From positions 620,001-684,000 of the forward strand of contig JANJGN010000189.1 of NCBI GenBank assembly GCA_026770705.1: a DNA stretch of 64,000 nt, written 5' to 3'. Under the pieces are notes generated by a model. That model did not search any database. It was not told where the DNA came from and was given only the letters and a program-made list of their open reading frames with translations. The stretch is from Isurus oxyrinchus (lineage: Eukaryota). Shown piece by piece: positions 12,346-25,064 of the stretch. Within the stretch, counting starts at the first letter, position 1; each line of letters begins with the position of its first letter. A program made the translations under genes and the position numbers.

Positions 12346-12799
12346 AAAAAAAATCTTCCAACCCCACATGCACGGCATCAAATAAGGATTTGGAAGCTGC
12401 AGCTCAGAGAGTAACTAGTCCCCCGAGAATTCACAGCCCCTCAAACACAGATTAACAGCATTAATCCTGACCGTCAGCCCACTCACTCATTGCCTCTTGT
12501 CTCAGACACTAGAAAGTGGAAGTTAAGGCCGGATTTTCACTCCCGGGTCGGGGGACACAGAGACAGCAGGAAAAAATAACAAAATATGTCTCGAGCACAC
12601 AGAGCTCCAAGGGAAGGGTCGTGCTGCAGCTAAGGTGTGAGACATGGCACATTCCCCGGATGCAGCATTGAGGCTTGTATGTCTACACAGCTGATGTAGG
12701 TGCACATGGAACACATGTGAATGAGCACTGTGATGCACACACACCCTGGAGAGTAATATCCCTCCATGCACTACATATCAGGCTAACATCAACTCATGT

Positions 12800-13420
12800 T
12801 GTCATTGCTGACCAACAGGGTTGAAGCAGGTCACAGAGACGGCTGCGTCTGGGGTTGGGCCAGCCTCCCTGAGACTCACCGTCCTAACATTTGATTGGAT
12901 CACGTCTGATCTGTATCTTAACCCCATCCACCCGCCTCGGTTCCGTGACCCTTAACCCCCCGACCCAACAAACATCTTCCAATCTCAGTTTTGAAATTTA
13001 CAATTGACCCCTCCCAGTCTCGACAGCTTTTTCTGGGGGAGAGAGTTCCAGATTTCCACCCCCGCTTTGTGTGAAGAAGTGCTTCCTGACCTCACCCCCT
13101 GAACGGCCTGGCTCCAATGTTAATGTTCTGCCCCCTTGTTCTGAACCCTCCTCACCTCAACCCCATCAGAGGAAATAGTTTCTCTCTATTGCCCGTAACA
13201 AAGCCTTTAATCAACTTAAACCCCTCGATTAGATCACCCCTTAATCTTCGAGACTCGAGGGACCACAAGCCTGGTCTGTGCAACCTGTCCTTGGGATTTA
13301 ACCCTTTCAGCCCCGGGATCGTTCTGGTGACTCTGCACAGCAGCCCCTCCAAGGACAATATATCCTTCCTAAGCTGCTGGACCCAGAACTGAACTCAGTG
13401 ACACCAGATTGGTTGTGAGG
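12800..13420 (-). mobile_element. CR1-type LINE 3' fragment
   Basis: RLHRPGLWSLESRRLRGDLIEGFKLIKG motif. Confidence 0.8.
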
Positions 13421-13834
13421 GGATCTTAATAAAACTGTGCCAGACACTTCAAAAATCTCTTCAATTCAACCTTGTAAACGCAGTAGGAAAAATCCCACGG
13501 GGCCATTGTATCTTAGCAACGTCGTAAACTTGGCCAAAAGAATCCCCCTGGTCACTCCTGAGTGTTACTTATATTGTAAACACAACGTTTCCAGCTCCTC
13601 CAGTCTCTGAGAAGCAAAACTAGGACACTAAAGCACCACCACTGGCAGGAGGCTGTAATTACAGTGTGACATGTTTACATGGGAATGTTCCATTACCAAT
13701 GACACAGGAATTTAAATAATCAGAAGGACATGTGACAACAGGAAGTGGTGCCTTGGAGAATGGAATTATTCACTACAGTACGTATTTAATTTGATAAAAA
13801 TGTACAGAAATGTCAGGGCATTTTAATTGCTTCT

Positions 13835-15903
13835 TTTTTGTATTCATTCACTGACACTGGCTAGGCCAGAATTTATTGCCCATCCCTAATTGTCCTTGAG
13901 AATATGGGGGTGAGCTGCCTTCTTGAACTGCTGCAGTCCCTGTGGTGTATGTACACCCACAGAACTGTTTGGGAGGGTGTTGCAGGATTCTGACCCAGCG
14001 ACAGTGAAGGAACGGTGATATATTTCCAAGTCAGGATGGTGAGTGACTTGGAGGGGAACTTCCAGGTGGTGGTGTTCCCATGTGTCTGCTGCCCTTGTCC
14101 TTCGAGATGGTAGTGATCATGTGTTTGGAAGGTGCTGTCTAAGGAGGCTTGGTGACTCCCTGCATTGCATCTTGTAGATGGTACACACACTGCTGCCACT
14201 GTGCGTCAGTTGTAGAGGGAGAGAATGTTTGTGGACGGGCCGCAAATCAAGCGGGGCTGCTTTGTCCTGGACGGTGTCGAGCTTCTTGAGTGTTGTTGGA
14301 GCTGCACTCATCTAGGAAAGTGGAGAGTATTCCATCACTTCTGACCTGTGCCTTGAGGTTGGTGGACAGGCTTTGGGGAGTCAAGAGGTGAGTTACTCAC
14401 CACAGGATTCCCAGGCTCTGGCCTGCTCTTATAGTCACAGTGTTTATATGGCTAGTCCAGTTCAGTTTCTAGTCATTGGTAACCCCCAGAGTGTTGATAG
14501 TGTGGGATTCAGCAATGGTGATGCTATTGGACATTAAGGGGAGATGGATATAATCTCTCTGGTTGGAGATGGTCATTGTCTGGCACTTGTGTGGCATGAA
14601 TGTTACTTGCCACTTGTCAGGCCAAGCCTGGATATTGTCCAGGTCTTGCTGCATTTGAACATGGACTGCTTCAGCATCTGATGAGTCATGAATGATGTTG
14701 AACGTTGTGCAATCATCAGCGACCTTCCATAATTCTGACCATCTGATAGAATGAATGTCATTGATGAAGCAGCTGAAGATGGTTGGGCCTAGGACACTAC
14801 ACTGAGCAACTCCTGCAGTGATGTCCTGGAACTGAGATGACTGACCTCCAACAACCACAACCACCTTCCTTTGTGCTGGGTATGAATCCAACGAGTGGAG
14901 AGTTTTCCCTGTGACATGACATGGCAGATGATGTGTGCTTGGTGCTCCAAATCCACAAGGGAAAATTGGTCACGCTATCACAATAGTTTTGCAATTTGTA
15001 TTTATTACAAGAAGCGTGCACTGAATTCAGGAGTAATGAGTTGACCACAACCTTTAGAGATTTTAAAAATTCAATTAAGATATTTATTAACAAAATAAAA
15101 GATTTCAAGCACAGACATAATACCACGGTTAGTTACAGCTAAAATATATTCTCAAATTCCTAATTAACCTGACTCCCAGTTACATACCCCTTTTAAGGCA
15201 ACAGTCCAAAATAAGATTTTAGATTAAAAACAAACCCAGCGAGTTAACACAGCACACACTTGACCCTGGAATTCTAAATGGGTTTCTCCAACTTTATTTA
15301 CTGAACATAACAGACTTATGCACAAATGCCTGGAGGCTTCTTCAAGCCTGTTTCACACACTCCTGTTAGATCTTACATGGCCCCCAACATAGCCTTTCAT
15401 TCTCCTTTATACATGTTTCTCTCTCTTTGATGTGTAAATTCTTTGGAACTGTACCTTTCCCATAATATAAACTTTCATGTTGCCAATATTGTCAATGAAC
15501 TTTGGGTAAAATTTAAAAAAAACTCCTTAGCTTTGCTTATTGGGCTTGTCCTAAACAGACCAACATCCCTTTGAAATCTAAACAGCCCCTTCACACCTTA
15601 CATGCTAAGGCAGCCTCCATGTGTTCTCATTAGCATTTCAAGTACATTTCTACACCTAGCTTCTTTTGATAATCTCAAACTTGCAGTCTACCTGTCTCCA
15701 GATGTAATTAAACTACACAGACAGACCAATCTACACTCACACCCATAAACCTAGTTTACAACAAACCAGGAAAATATTAAGCAAATTATTATACTTTCGT
15801 ACCACCCCTGATTCCCATTGACTCCAGTTTTACTCGGGCTCCTAGATGCCACACTCGGTCAAATGCAGCCTTGATGTCAAAGGCAGTCACTCTCACCTCA
15901 CCT
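13835..15903 (-). mobile_element. CR1/L2-group LINE fragment in the gene A 3' region, with a nested solo LTR
   Basis: RT motifs (GVAQCSVLGPTIFSCFINDI, ADD, QQDLDNIQAW..KWQV). The LINE breaks at 14909 and resumes at 15805. Confidence 0.8.
14910..15804 (-). mobile_element. Solo LTR
   Basis: TG...CA ends, near-TSD tccc/cccc; reverse-complement relative of elements at ~57620-58005, 34664-35492 and 38552-39291. Confidence 0.65.
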
Positions 15904-16095
15904 TGTATTAACAGATGTAAAATTATACATAATTCATAAGCTTCTCACAATCTTTTACAGCATGGAAAAAGGTGCAGCATTCAGAAAGCTCAGTTAAAAC
16001 CAATAAAAAAAAGTTGAGCAACATCATATTTGTGTTCATTACTATTTGGCCATGTTGGCTGCACACACCCCACAGCCCCGCTCCCTGTTTCACAC

Positions 16096-16344
16096 TCAGT
16101 TTTTCTGGAACCTGATCTGTGCGTATTCCGTGTCCTCGCTCCTGTGCACAGTCCTGTCACCGCCGGGCAGCTTTGAAAAGTTGATGTTGGTGTAGAGAAG
16201 CTCGTCAGGTTTGTCGGAGTTCCCATGTCCAACATCGCCTCCCACTGGACCTTCAGAGAGACCCCGGGGAGCTGGGGTCTCCCCCTCGCTAGTTGTGTCT
16301 CTGGTTGTTTCCTGGGGCTCAGAAATCAGCACGTTCTGTTTACC
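16096..16344 (-). CDS. Gene A Siglec-like: last exon, cytoplasmic tail with ITIM (LLYTNI) and distal TEYAQI motif
   Basis: Acceptor tttctctgtag|GGT (phase 0); GKQNVLISEPQ...ELLYTNINF...EDTEYAQIRFQKN*; classic Siglec ITIM plus TEYxxI pair. Confidence 0.9.
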   Translation of the reverse strand, partial: GKQNVLISEPQETTRDTTSEGETPAPRGLSEGPVGGDVGHGNSDKPDELLYTNINFSKLPGGDRTVHRSEDTEYAQIRFQKN

Positions 16345-16556
16345 CTACAGAGAAATGGAAACAGAAGACATCCTCACATCATTTACTGGCACTGATAGGG
16401 TTAAATTATTGTGCAGCCTCGTTAGTGTCAGTCGTGTCTCAATGGGTTTAAGCTTTTTTTTCACTCTCTTTCTCTGTCTCCTTTTTTTCAATCTCTTTCT
16501 CTGTCTCTCTTTCTCTCTCGCTTTCTCTCTCTCTCTTTATAATTTAATCTCTATCG

Positions 16557-17382
16557 CACTCCAACAGTGCAGCACTCCCTCAATACTGACCCTCTGACAG
16601 TGCAGCACTCCCTCAATACTGACCCTCTGACAGTGCAGCACTCCCTCAATACTGACCCTCCGACAATGCAGCACTCCCTCAATACTGACCCTCTGACAGT
16701 GCAGCACTCCCTCAATACTGACCCTCCGACAGTGCAGTACTCCCTCAGTACTGACCCTCTGACAGTGCAGCACTCCCTCAGTACTGACCCTCTGACAGTG
16801 CAGCACTCCCTCACTACTGACCCTCCGACAGTGCAGTACTCCCTCAGTACTGACCCTCTGACAGTGCAGCACTCCCTCAGTACTGACCGTCTGACAGTGC
16901 AGCACTCCCTCAGTACTGACCCTCTGACAGTGCAGCACTGCCTCAGTACTGATACTCCGAACGTCCAGCACACCATCAGTACTGACCATCAGACAGTGCA
17001 GCACTCCCTCAGTACTGACCCACCGACAGTCCAGCACTCCCTCAGTACTGACCCTCTGACAGTGCAGCACTCCCTCAGTACTGACCCTCTGACAGTGCAG
17101 CACTCCCTCACTACTGACCCTCCGACAGTGCCGCACTCCCTCAGTACTGACCCTCTGACCGTGCAACACTCCCTCAGTACTGACACTCTGACAGTGCAAC
17201 ACTCCCTCAGTACTGACCCTCCGACAGTGCAGCACTCCATCTGTACTGATCCTCTGACAGTGCAACATACCCTCAGTACTGACCCTCCGACAGTGCAGCA
17301 CCCTCTCAGTACTGACACTCCGACAGTGCAGCACTCCCTCAGTACTGACCCTCTGACAGTGCAGCACTCCCTCACTACTGAC
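16557..17382. repeat. 33-bp minisatellite, ~25 copies (intronic)
   Basis: Tandem unit visible; explains the long repetitive ORFs on both strands. Confidence 0.95.
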
Positions 17383-17595
17383 ATCAGGTGCCTTGTCATT
17401 ATTGTGTTCAGGTTTCTGGTCAAAGAGCGAGTGATGGAGGGAGACAGAGGCAGGGAGCGAGAGACAGTGCTGACCACTGAGCCATTGCTGACTTCACAGG
17501 GAGATATCTGTGTGTAACCCGGTTGAGAATCTGGTTTACGTGTTGTCTACAGACTGAGGTTGAAGCTATGGAGTGAGTGTAAACAGTTCCTGTAC

Positions 17596-17677
17596 CTGGT
17601 GCTTCACAGAGAGTGACCTGAGGGTCAATGCAATGTAATTGGTCCCTGAACCTCTCTCCTCCATCGCTGTCTTTCTC
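17596..17677 (-). CDS. Gene A: first cytoplasmic exon
   Basis: ttattgcag|G...CAG|gtacag, 82 nt, phase 2 to 0; (K)RKTAMEERGSGTNYIALTLRSLSVKHQ; paralogue at 39427-39508. Confidence 0.75.
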
Positions 17678-18371
17678 CTGCAATAACACAATATCACACT
17701 GTGGTTATCATATAGCAGAGAGTCAGTGCAGCACAGACACAGAGCCCACTGTAACCTTACACCAATGACTGGACTGTCTCTTGTTCCAATAAGGGGTATC
17801 AGCGTGACATCACTATAATGGAAGTGTGTCATGTGATCCAATCTCAGTTTGACATTTGCTTTGAGCAGAACACACACTCACAGCTCTGATGCCTTCAAGC
17901 TTTCTCCGTATGTATAACTGTTCTCATGCCGAGTCTTGATAAACAAATCATTAACATTCTCACCAAATCCCCTATGAGTGATTGGTGTTTTCTGTCTTAT
18001 ACAGTAAATAAGCCTAAGGTATAATATCATTATAATAACACGCCATATCTTTGACCCCCCCTCCACCCCTGCTCTTCCCCCTGTAGCCCTTCAAATGTTC
18101 CCCCTTCAAGTATTTATCCAATTCCCCTTTTGAAAGTTCCTATTGAATCTGCTTCCAGCGCCCTTTCAGGCAGCACCTTCCAGATCACAGCAACTGATTA
18201 TTATTCATCTGGATAACGGGCAATGAAAAACACTCTCTGGATCATAACGGATAAAGAGACCAGTTATGGAGAGGCATCTGGCGCTTAACACAAGGGAAAC
18301 AATCACCGACTTCAGGAAAGAACATTGAAGCAAATATTTATATTAAAATCAAGTTAAATCTTCAGACTTAC

Positions 18372-18468
18372 TTTCTCACACAGATGAAGATGAAGATTCC
18401 AGCCAGGAAAACACTCAACATGATCCCAGCCGTGAACAATCCTACTGTCCATTTACTGGAGTCTCTAC
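18372..18468 (-). CDS. Gene A: transmembrane exon
   Basis: tttttacag|GT...AGAAA|gtaagt, 97 nt; RDSSKWTVGLFTAGIMLSVFLAGIFIFICVRK; no charged residue in the helix (inhibitory type). Confidence 0.9.
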
Positions 18469-19019
18469 CTGTAAAAACAGCCATTAATTACTGCACTACA
18501 GGTTTACAATGAGGCTCCGATGTATCTCGAGAAGCGATGCACTCACTCAGTGTTTAAATACTCATTCTCGGGCAATGCTGACATTTATTGTCCATCCCTA
18601 GTTTCCCCTTGAGAAGGTGGTGGGGGGTCTTCCTCCTGAACCACTGGTTTGTCCCAAACTGGGAGACCAGTTCAGAGGGCAGGTAAGAGTTAACCATGAT
18701 GGTGTCTGAGACTGGAGTCACATCCACATCGAGACATGCTTCCCTCCCTAAAGGGTATGTAGTCTCTCTACACATTAAAAAACCAACATCATTGAAATAA
18801 TCGCCTATCAGGTCATTAAGACACGGTGGTTTGTGGGATCTTGCTGTGTACACAACAGTACCTGTGTTTCCTCCTTTACAACAGTGAGCTCACTTCGATA
18901 ATGCTTCATTGGTTGTTGAATGTTTAGTAATTTCTAAGCAATTTATGAATACAAGTGTTGCATTTCAAAGTAATCCATGTAACATTTATATATAATATTT
19001 ATCAATTAAAGAATGAGAA

Positions 19020-19262
19020 GTTCAGCAATTAAAAGGGTTGTTCAGGACAGTTAGAGAGAGAAAGGTCGTCAAGTATAGAGATTGGAAACGAAGACCTGAC
19101 AGCCTTGTCCTGACAACCATTGAAGGAGAAACTGAGAGCAAAAACAGAAAGGGAGAGGAAAAATTGGATGTGTGGATAACGTGGACTGAGCGAGGATTGA
19201 AGAAAACTGGATTAAAAACAACACGATCCCAATGGCTCCACGGAGACCACGGAGACAACAAA
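19020..19262 (+). mobile_element. RTE-type LINE 3' fragment, truncated by deletion
   Basis: Matches 43821-44065, whose fuller copy reads MLRISWMDRKTNEW. Confidence 0.6.
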
Positions 19263-19287
19263 CAAACAAATGTATCTCCACACTCAC

Positions 19288-19569
19288 ATTCCACAGTGAT
19301 GGTTATGAACCCCTCCACTGCTCCATGTTCATTCTCTGCCACACACTGATAGTCTCCAGTGTCCCTGGATGTAACGTGAGGAATCACCAACCACAGCTCA
19401 TTGTTGGAATTTGTTCTGTTCATTGGGACATTAAGATGTCGCCACATCAGGTTAGAAGCTGGGAAGCTCTCGACAGAGCAGATTATCACTGCAGAATTCC
19501 CCTCAATCATATTGATCGATGAAGCGTTAATCATATCAAGAGAATTGATTGAGAGATTCCGTGGTGCAT
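19288..19569 (-). CDS. Gene A: stalk Ig exon R1 (intact)
   Basis: 282 nt, phase 1-1, AG/GT sites; APRNLSI...IICSVESFPASNLMW...DTGDYQCVAENEHG. Confidence 0.9.
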
Positions 19570-20256
19570 CTAAAAACATATAAAGATTTTAACGTGAGCA
19601 AACATAGTGCACAGCAAGACTCCATGCATCATCTCTCTGTATCTGGTGTCTTTATGCATTTCCAGGTAACTTCCCTCAGGATAAGGTCTTATGCCACATT
19701 TTTAATGGACACTGCCTATGTAAACTGTCACACTGCAATTGCATTCTCCCACCAGTAGAGGTGTTGTCACTCTAGAATGAAAGAAGCTTGCTTTCATATT
19801 CTCAGGATTTCGCCAAGGGCTTGACAGGCAATGTTTGATTGATGGAGCACTGAGGGGTAAATCTACCATTCTCTGTTCAGAAAGTTGCTCCTCCAGTTCA
19901 GGGACTTGTTGATCTGGAGTTTACCTTCGTTCAACACAGAATCAGAGCTGATACCGAGACTCCAGTGCACCCTGAGAGGGGAGAGGGAACTCATATTTGT
20001 GTATGTGTGAGAGTGTGTGAGTGTTTGTGTTTCTGCACAAGTGAGTGTGCTTGTGTGTGTATGCACACATGTATCTGTGTGTGCGCATGCACGCATGTCT
20101 GTGTGTCAATGTCTGTCCAAGAGTGAGTGAATGTGCATGTGTGTGTCTATGTGTGGGCATTAATGTGTGTGTGTGTGTGAGTTGTGTATATATATTCCTC
20201 TGTATGTGTTTGCACATGTATGACTGTGTGTGTATAAGTGTGCATGTGTGTGCCTA

Positions 20257-20312
<56 letters not shown>

Positions 20313-20346
20313 TGTGTGAGAGATGTTGAAGTTTGCAGTAACTCAC

Positions 20347-20628
20347 GTTCCACAGTGATGGTTACGAACCCCTCCACTGCTCCATGTTCATTCTCTGCCA
20401 CACACTGATAGTCTCCAGTGTCCCTGGATATAACGTGAGGAATCACCAACCACAGCTCATTGTTGGAACTTGTTCTGTTCATTGGGACATTAAGATGTCG
20501 CCACGTCAGGTTAGAAGCTGGGAAGCTCTCGACAGAGCAGATTATCACTGCAGAGTTCCCCTCAATTATATTGATCGATGAAGCGTTAATCATATCCAGA
20601 GAAGTAATTGATGGGTTCCGTGGTGCAT
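20347..20628 (-). CDS. Gene A: stalk Ig exon R2 (intact)
   Basis: 282 nt, phase 1-1, both Cys and the core Trp present. Confidence 0.88.
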
Positions 20629-21610
20629 CTAGATACAAATAAAGGTGGTTTCAATGTGAGCAAACACAGTGCACAGCAAGACTCCATGATACATCTCTCT
20701 CTATTTGGTGTCTATGTGCATTTCAAGAGTTCTTTCCTGTTTTAAGTTCCTATGTCAACTTTTATAATGGTCACTGCCGGTGTTTTTCTTTTTGTACATT
20801 CATGGGAAGTGGCTGTATCTATCTAGACCAGCATTTATTACCCATCCCTAATTGCCCTTGAGGAGGTGGTGGTGAGTTTTTCACCCCCACAGAATTCCCA
20901 GCCTCTGACCGGCTCCTGTAGCCACAGTATTTATGGCCGGTCCAGTTAGTTGTTTGGTTAACATCCCCCAGGATGTTGATTGTGGGGGATTCTGTGATAG
21001 TAAACTCACTGAACATCAAGGGGAGATGGTTAGATTCTCTCTTGTTGGACATGATCACTGCCTGGTACTTGTGATGCATTAATTGTCTCAGCCCAAGCTG
21101 AGTGTTGTTCAGCTCTTGCTGCATGTGGATATGTAAACTGTCACGCTGTAATTACAGCCTTCCACCAGAGGAGACACTGTCGGGCTAGGAGAAAAGAAAA
21201 TGTCTTTCACATCATCAGGATGTTCACAGGGATTTGACAGTGGAGGAATTGCTTTAGAATAATGGGGTATTGAGTGATAAACCTACAATTCTCTGTGCAG
21301 GGGGCTGCTCGTCCAATACAGGGTCTTGTTCAGCTGATGTCGTCAGTGTTTCAGAGCAGAATCTGGAGCAACACTCCAGTGCAGCACAGGGAGAACAGAC
21401 AACTCACACATGTCTGTGTGTGTGTGAGCAAGCACACGTGTGATTCTGTGTATGTTTCCTTCTGTGTGTGAGCATGCAGGCGTACACACCTGTGGACATG
21501 TGGGATTGCACATGAATGCTTGTTTGTGTGCACGTGTGTGTGTGTGTGTGTGTGTGTATGAGTGTGTCTGTGTATATGTGAGAGTAATGTTGAAGCTTGT
21601 GTTAACTCAC

Positions 21611-21892
21611 GTTCCACAGTGATGGTTATGAATCCCTCCGCTGCTCCATGTTCATTCTCTGCCACACACTGATAGTCTCCAGTGTCCCTGGATGTAACGT
21701 GAGGAATCACCAACCACAGCTCATTGTTGGAACTTGTTCTGTTCATTGGGACATTAAGATGTCGCTACGTCAGGTTAGAAGCTGGGAAGCTCTCGACAGA
21801 GCAGATTATCACTGCAGAATTCCCCTCAATTATATTGATCGATGAAGCGTTAATCATATCAAGAGAATTAATTGAGAGATTCTGTGGAGCAT
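21611..21892 (-). pseudogene. Gene A: stalk Ig exon R3 with a nonsense codon
   Basis: 282 nt with intact splice sites, but the core Trp TGG is TAG at 21765-21767. Confidence 0.85.
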
Positions 21893-22623
21893 CTAAAAAC
21901 AAATAAAGTTTTTAATGTGAGCAAGCAGCATGCACAGCAAGACTCCATGCATCATCTCTCTGTATCTGATGTCTGTATGCATTTCCAGATACCTTCCCTC
22001 CATATAACTTCCACTGTCAAATTTATAATGGGCACTGCCTATGTAAACAGTCAAACTACAGTTACATTCTCCCACCAGTAGAGGTGCTGTCCACCTAGAA
22101 TGAAAGAAACTTCCTTGCACATCCTCAGGATTTTGCCAAGGGCTTGATAGGCAATGAATTGTATTTGATCGATGGAGCTCTGAGGGGTAAGTCTACAATT
22201 CTCTGTTCAGGCGGTTGCTCCATCCAATTCAGGGTCTTGTTGATCTGGAGTTTACCTTCCTTCAACACAGAATCAGAGCTGATACCAAGACTCCAGTGCA
22301 GCCCTGAGAGAGGAGAGGGACCTCATGCGTGTGTATGTGTGTGTTTGTGTTTCTGCACATGTGAGTGTGTTTGTGTGTGTATGCACGCATGTGTCTGTGT
22401 GTGCGTGTGTGTATGTGTTTGCGCATATGTGAGTGTGTCTTTGTGTATACGTCTGTGCATGAGTGAACGTGAGTGCATGTGTATGTCTATATGTGTGCCT
22501 GTGTGAGTGTGTGCGTGTGACTTGAGTGTATGTGTGTTTCTGTGTCTGTTTTTGCTCGTGTATGACTGTGTGTGTAAATGTGCACGTATGTGTCTACACA
22601 TGAGTGTGTGTGTGTGTGTGTGC

Positions 22624-22655
<32 letters not shown>

Positions 22656-22707
22656 GTGTGTGTGTGTGTGCGTGTGTGTGAGAGATGTTGAGTTGGCATT
22701 AACTCAC

Positions 22708-22989
22708 GTTCCACAGTGATGGTTATGAACCCCTCCACTGCTCCATGTTCATTCTCTGCCACACACTGATAGTCTCCAGTGTCCCTGGATGTAACGTGAG
22801 GAATCACCAACCACAGCTCATTGTTGGAACCTGTTCTGTTCATTGGGACATTAAGATGTCGCCACGTCAGGTTAGAAGCTGGGAAGCTCTCGACAGAGCA
22901 GATTATCACTGCAGAATTCCCCTCAATTTTATTGATCGATGAAGCGTTAATCATATCAAGAGAATTAATTGGGAGATTCAATGATGCAT
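22708..22989 (-). CDS. Gene A: stalk Ig exon R4 (open; weak TA-repeat acceptor)
   Basis: 282 nt open frame; acceptor is (ta)n-g and the N-terminus has diverged to ASLNLPI. Confidence 0.8.
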
Positions 22990-23660
22990 CTATATATATA
23001 TATAAAGATTTTAACGTGAGCAACATAGTGCACAAGACGCCATGCATCATGTCTCTGTGTCTGATGTCTGAATGCATTTCCAGGTAACTTCCCTCAGGAT
23101 AAGGTCTTATGGCACATTTATAATGGACACTGCCTATGTAAACTGTCACACTGCAATTGCATTCTCCCACCAGCAGAGGTGTTGCCCATCTAGAATGAAA
23201 GAAGTTTGCTTTCACATCCTCAGGATGTCCCCAAGGGCTTGATAGGCAATGAATTATATTTGATCGATGGAGCACTGAGGGGTAAGTCTACAATTCTCTG
23301 TTCAGGAGGTTGCTCATCCGATTCAGGGTCTTGTTGATCTGGAGTTTACCTTCCTTCAACACAGAATCGGAACTCATACTAAGACTCCAGTGCAGCACTG
23401 AGAACTCACGCGTGTGTATGTGTGTGTTTGTGTTACTGCACATGTGAGTGTGTTTGTGTGTGTATGCACACATGTATCTGTGTGTGTGCATGCGCGTGTG
23501 TCTGTGTGTCTACGTCTGTCCATGAGTGAGAGTATGTGCATGTGTGTGTCTATGTGTGGGCATGAATATGTGTGTGTTTGAGATGGGTGTGTATTTTCCT
23601 GTGTATGTGTTTGTACGTGTATGACTGTGTGTGTATAATTATGCATGTGTGTGCCTACAA

Positions 23661-23719
<59 letters not shown>

Positions 23720-23759
23720 TGTGTGCGTGTGAGTGATGTTGAAGTTTGCGTTAACTCAC

Positions 23760-24041
23760 ATTCCACAGTGATGGTTATGAACCCCTCCACTGCTCCATGT
23801 TCATTCTCTGCCACACACTGATAGTCTCCAGTGTCCCTGGATGTAACGTGAGGAATCACCAACCACAGCTCATTGTTGGAACTGGTTCTGTTCATTGGGA
23901 CATTAAGATGTCGCCACGTCAGGTTAGAAGCTGGGAAGCTCTCGACAGAGCAGATTATCACTGCAGAATTCCCCTCAATTATATTGATCGACGAAGCATT
24001 AATCATATCAAGAGAAGTAATTGAGAGATTCTGTGGAGCAT
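23760..24041 (-). CDS. Gene A: stalk Ig exon R5 (intact)
   Basis: 282 nt, phase 1-1, open. Confidence 0.88.
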
Positions 24042-24782
24042 CTAAAAACAAATAAAGATTTTACTGTGAGCAAGCACAGTGCACAGCAAGACTCCATGCA
24101 TCATCTCTCTGTATCTGATGTTGGAATGCATTTCCAGGTACCTTCCCGCAGGAAAAAATACTGTCACATTTATAATGGGCACTTCCTATGTAAACTGTCA
24201 CACTGCAGTTGCATTCTCCCACCAACAGAGTTGCTGTCCACCTAGAATGAAACAAACATCCTTTAACACTCTCAAGATGCCCCCAAGGGATTGAAAGCCC
24301 GTGAATTGTATTTGATCGATGGAGCACTGAGGAGTAAATCTACAATTCTCCGTTCAGGAAGTTGCTCATCCAATTCAGGGTCTTGCTGATCTGGAGTTTA
24401 CCTTCCTTCAACACAGAATCAGAGCTGATACCAAGACTCCAGTGCAGCACTGAGAGAGGAGAGGGATCTCACACTTGTGTGTGTGTGTGTATTTCTGCAC
24501 AAGTGAGTTTGTATTTGTGTGTATGCGCGTGTCTGTCTGCGCATGTGTGGGCACGCGTGTGTATGTGGGTCTGCGTGTGTACATCTGTGCTTGAGGGAGT
24601 GTGTGTGTATACGTGTGTCCACGTGTGCGCATGAATGATTGTATGTGTGAGTTGAGTTTGTGTGTGTTTCTGTGTATGTGTTTGAACGTGTTTGTGTGTA
24701 AGCGTGCATGTTTGTGTCTACACATGAGTGTTTTTGCATGTGTGAGTGTGTGTGTGTGATGTAGATGTCTGTGTACACTCAC

Positions 24783-25064
24783 ATTCCACAGTGATGGTTA
24801 TGAACCGCTGCACTGCTCCATGTTCATTCTCTGCCACACACTGATAGTCTCCAGTGTCCCTGGATGTAACGTGAGGAATCACCAACCACAGCTCATTGTA
24901 GGAACTTGTTCTGTTCATTGGGACATTAAGATGCCGCCACGTCAGGTTAGAAGCTGGGAAGCTCTCGACAGAGCAGATTATCACTGCAGAATTCCCCTCA
25001 ATCATATTGATCGATGAAGCATTAATCATTTCAAGCGAAGTAAATGAGAGATCCTGTGGTGCAT
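24783..25064 (-). CDS. Gene A: stalk Ig exon R6 (intact)
   Basis: 282 nt, phase 1-1, open. Confidence 0.88.

Noticed and set aside
16537-17517. Long ORFs (276-316 aa) on both strands; also a CRISPR-like look
   Set aside because: A 33-bp minisatellite without stops in several frames; contiguous repeats with no unique spacers, in eukaryotic intron context.
17475-17546. Possible extra cytoplasmic exon (TTRKPDSQPGYTQI...), paralogue at 39309-39377
   Set aside because: It would need a 49-nt intron after the preceding exon, too short for vertebrates, and the donors are weak and inconsistent.
18372-18468. Activating (DAP12-coupled) member of a paired receptor
   Set aside because: Neither TM helix has a Lys or Arg.
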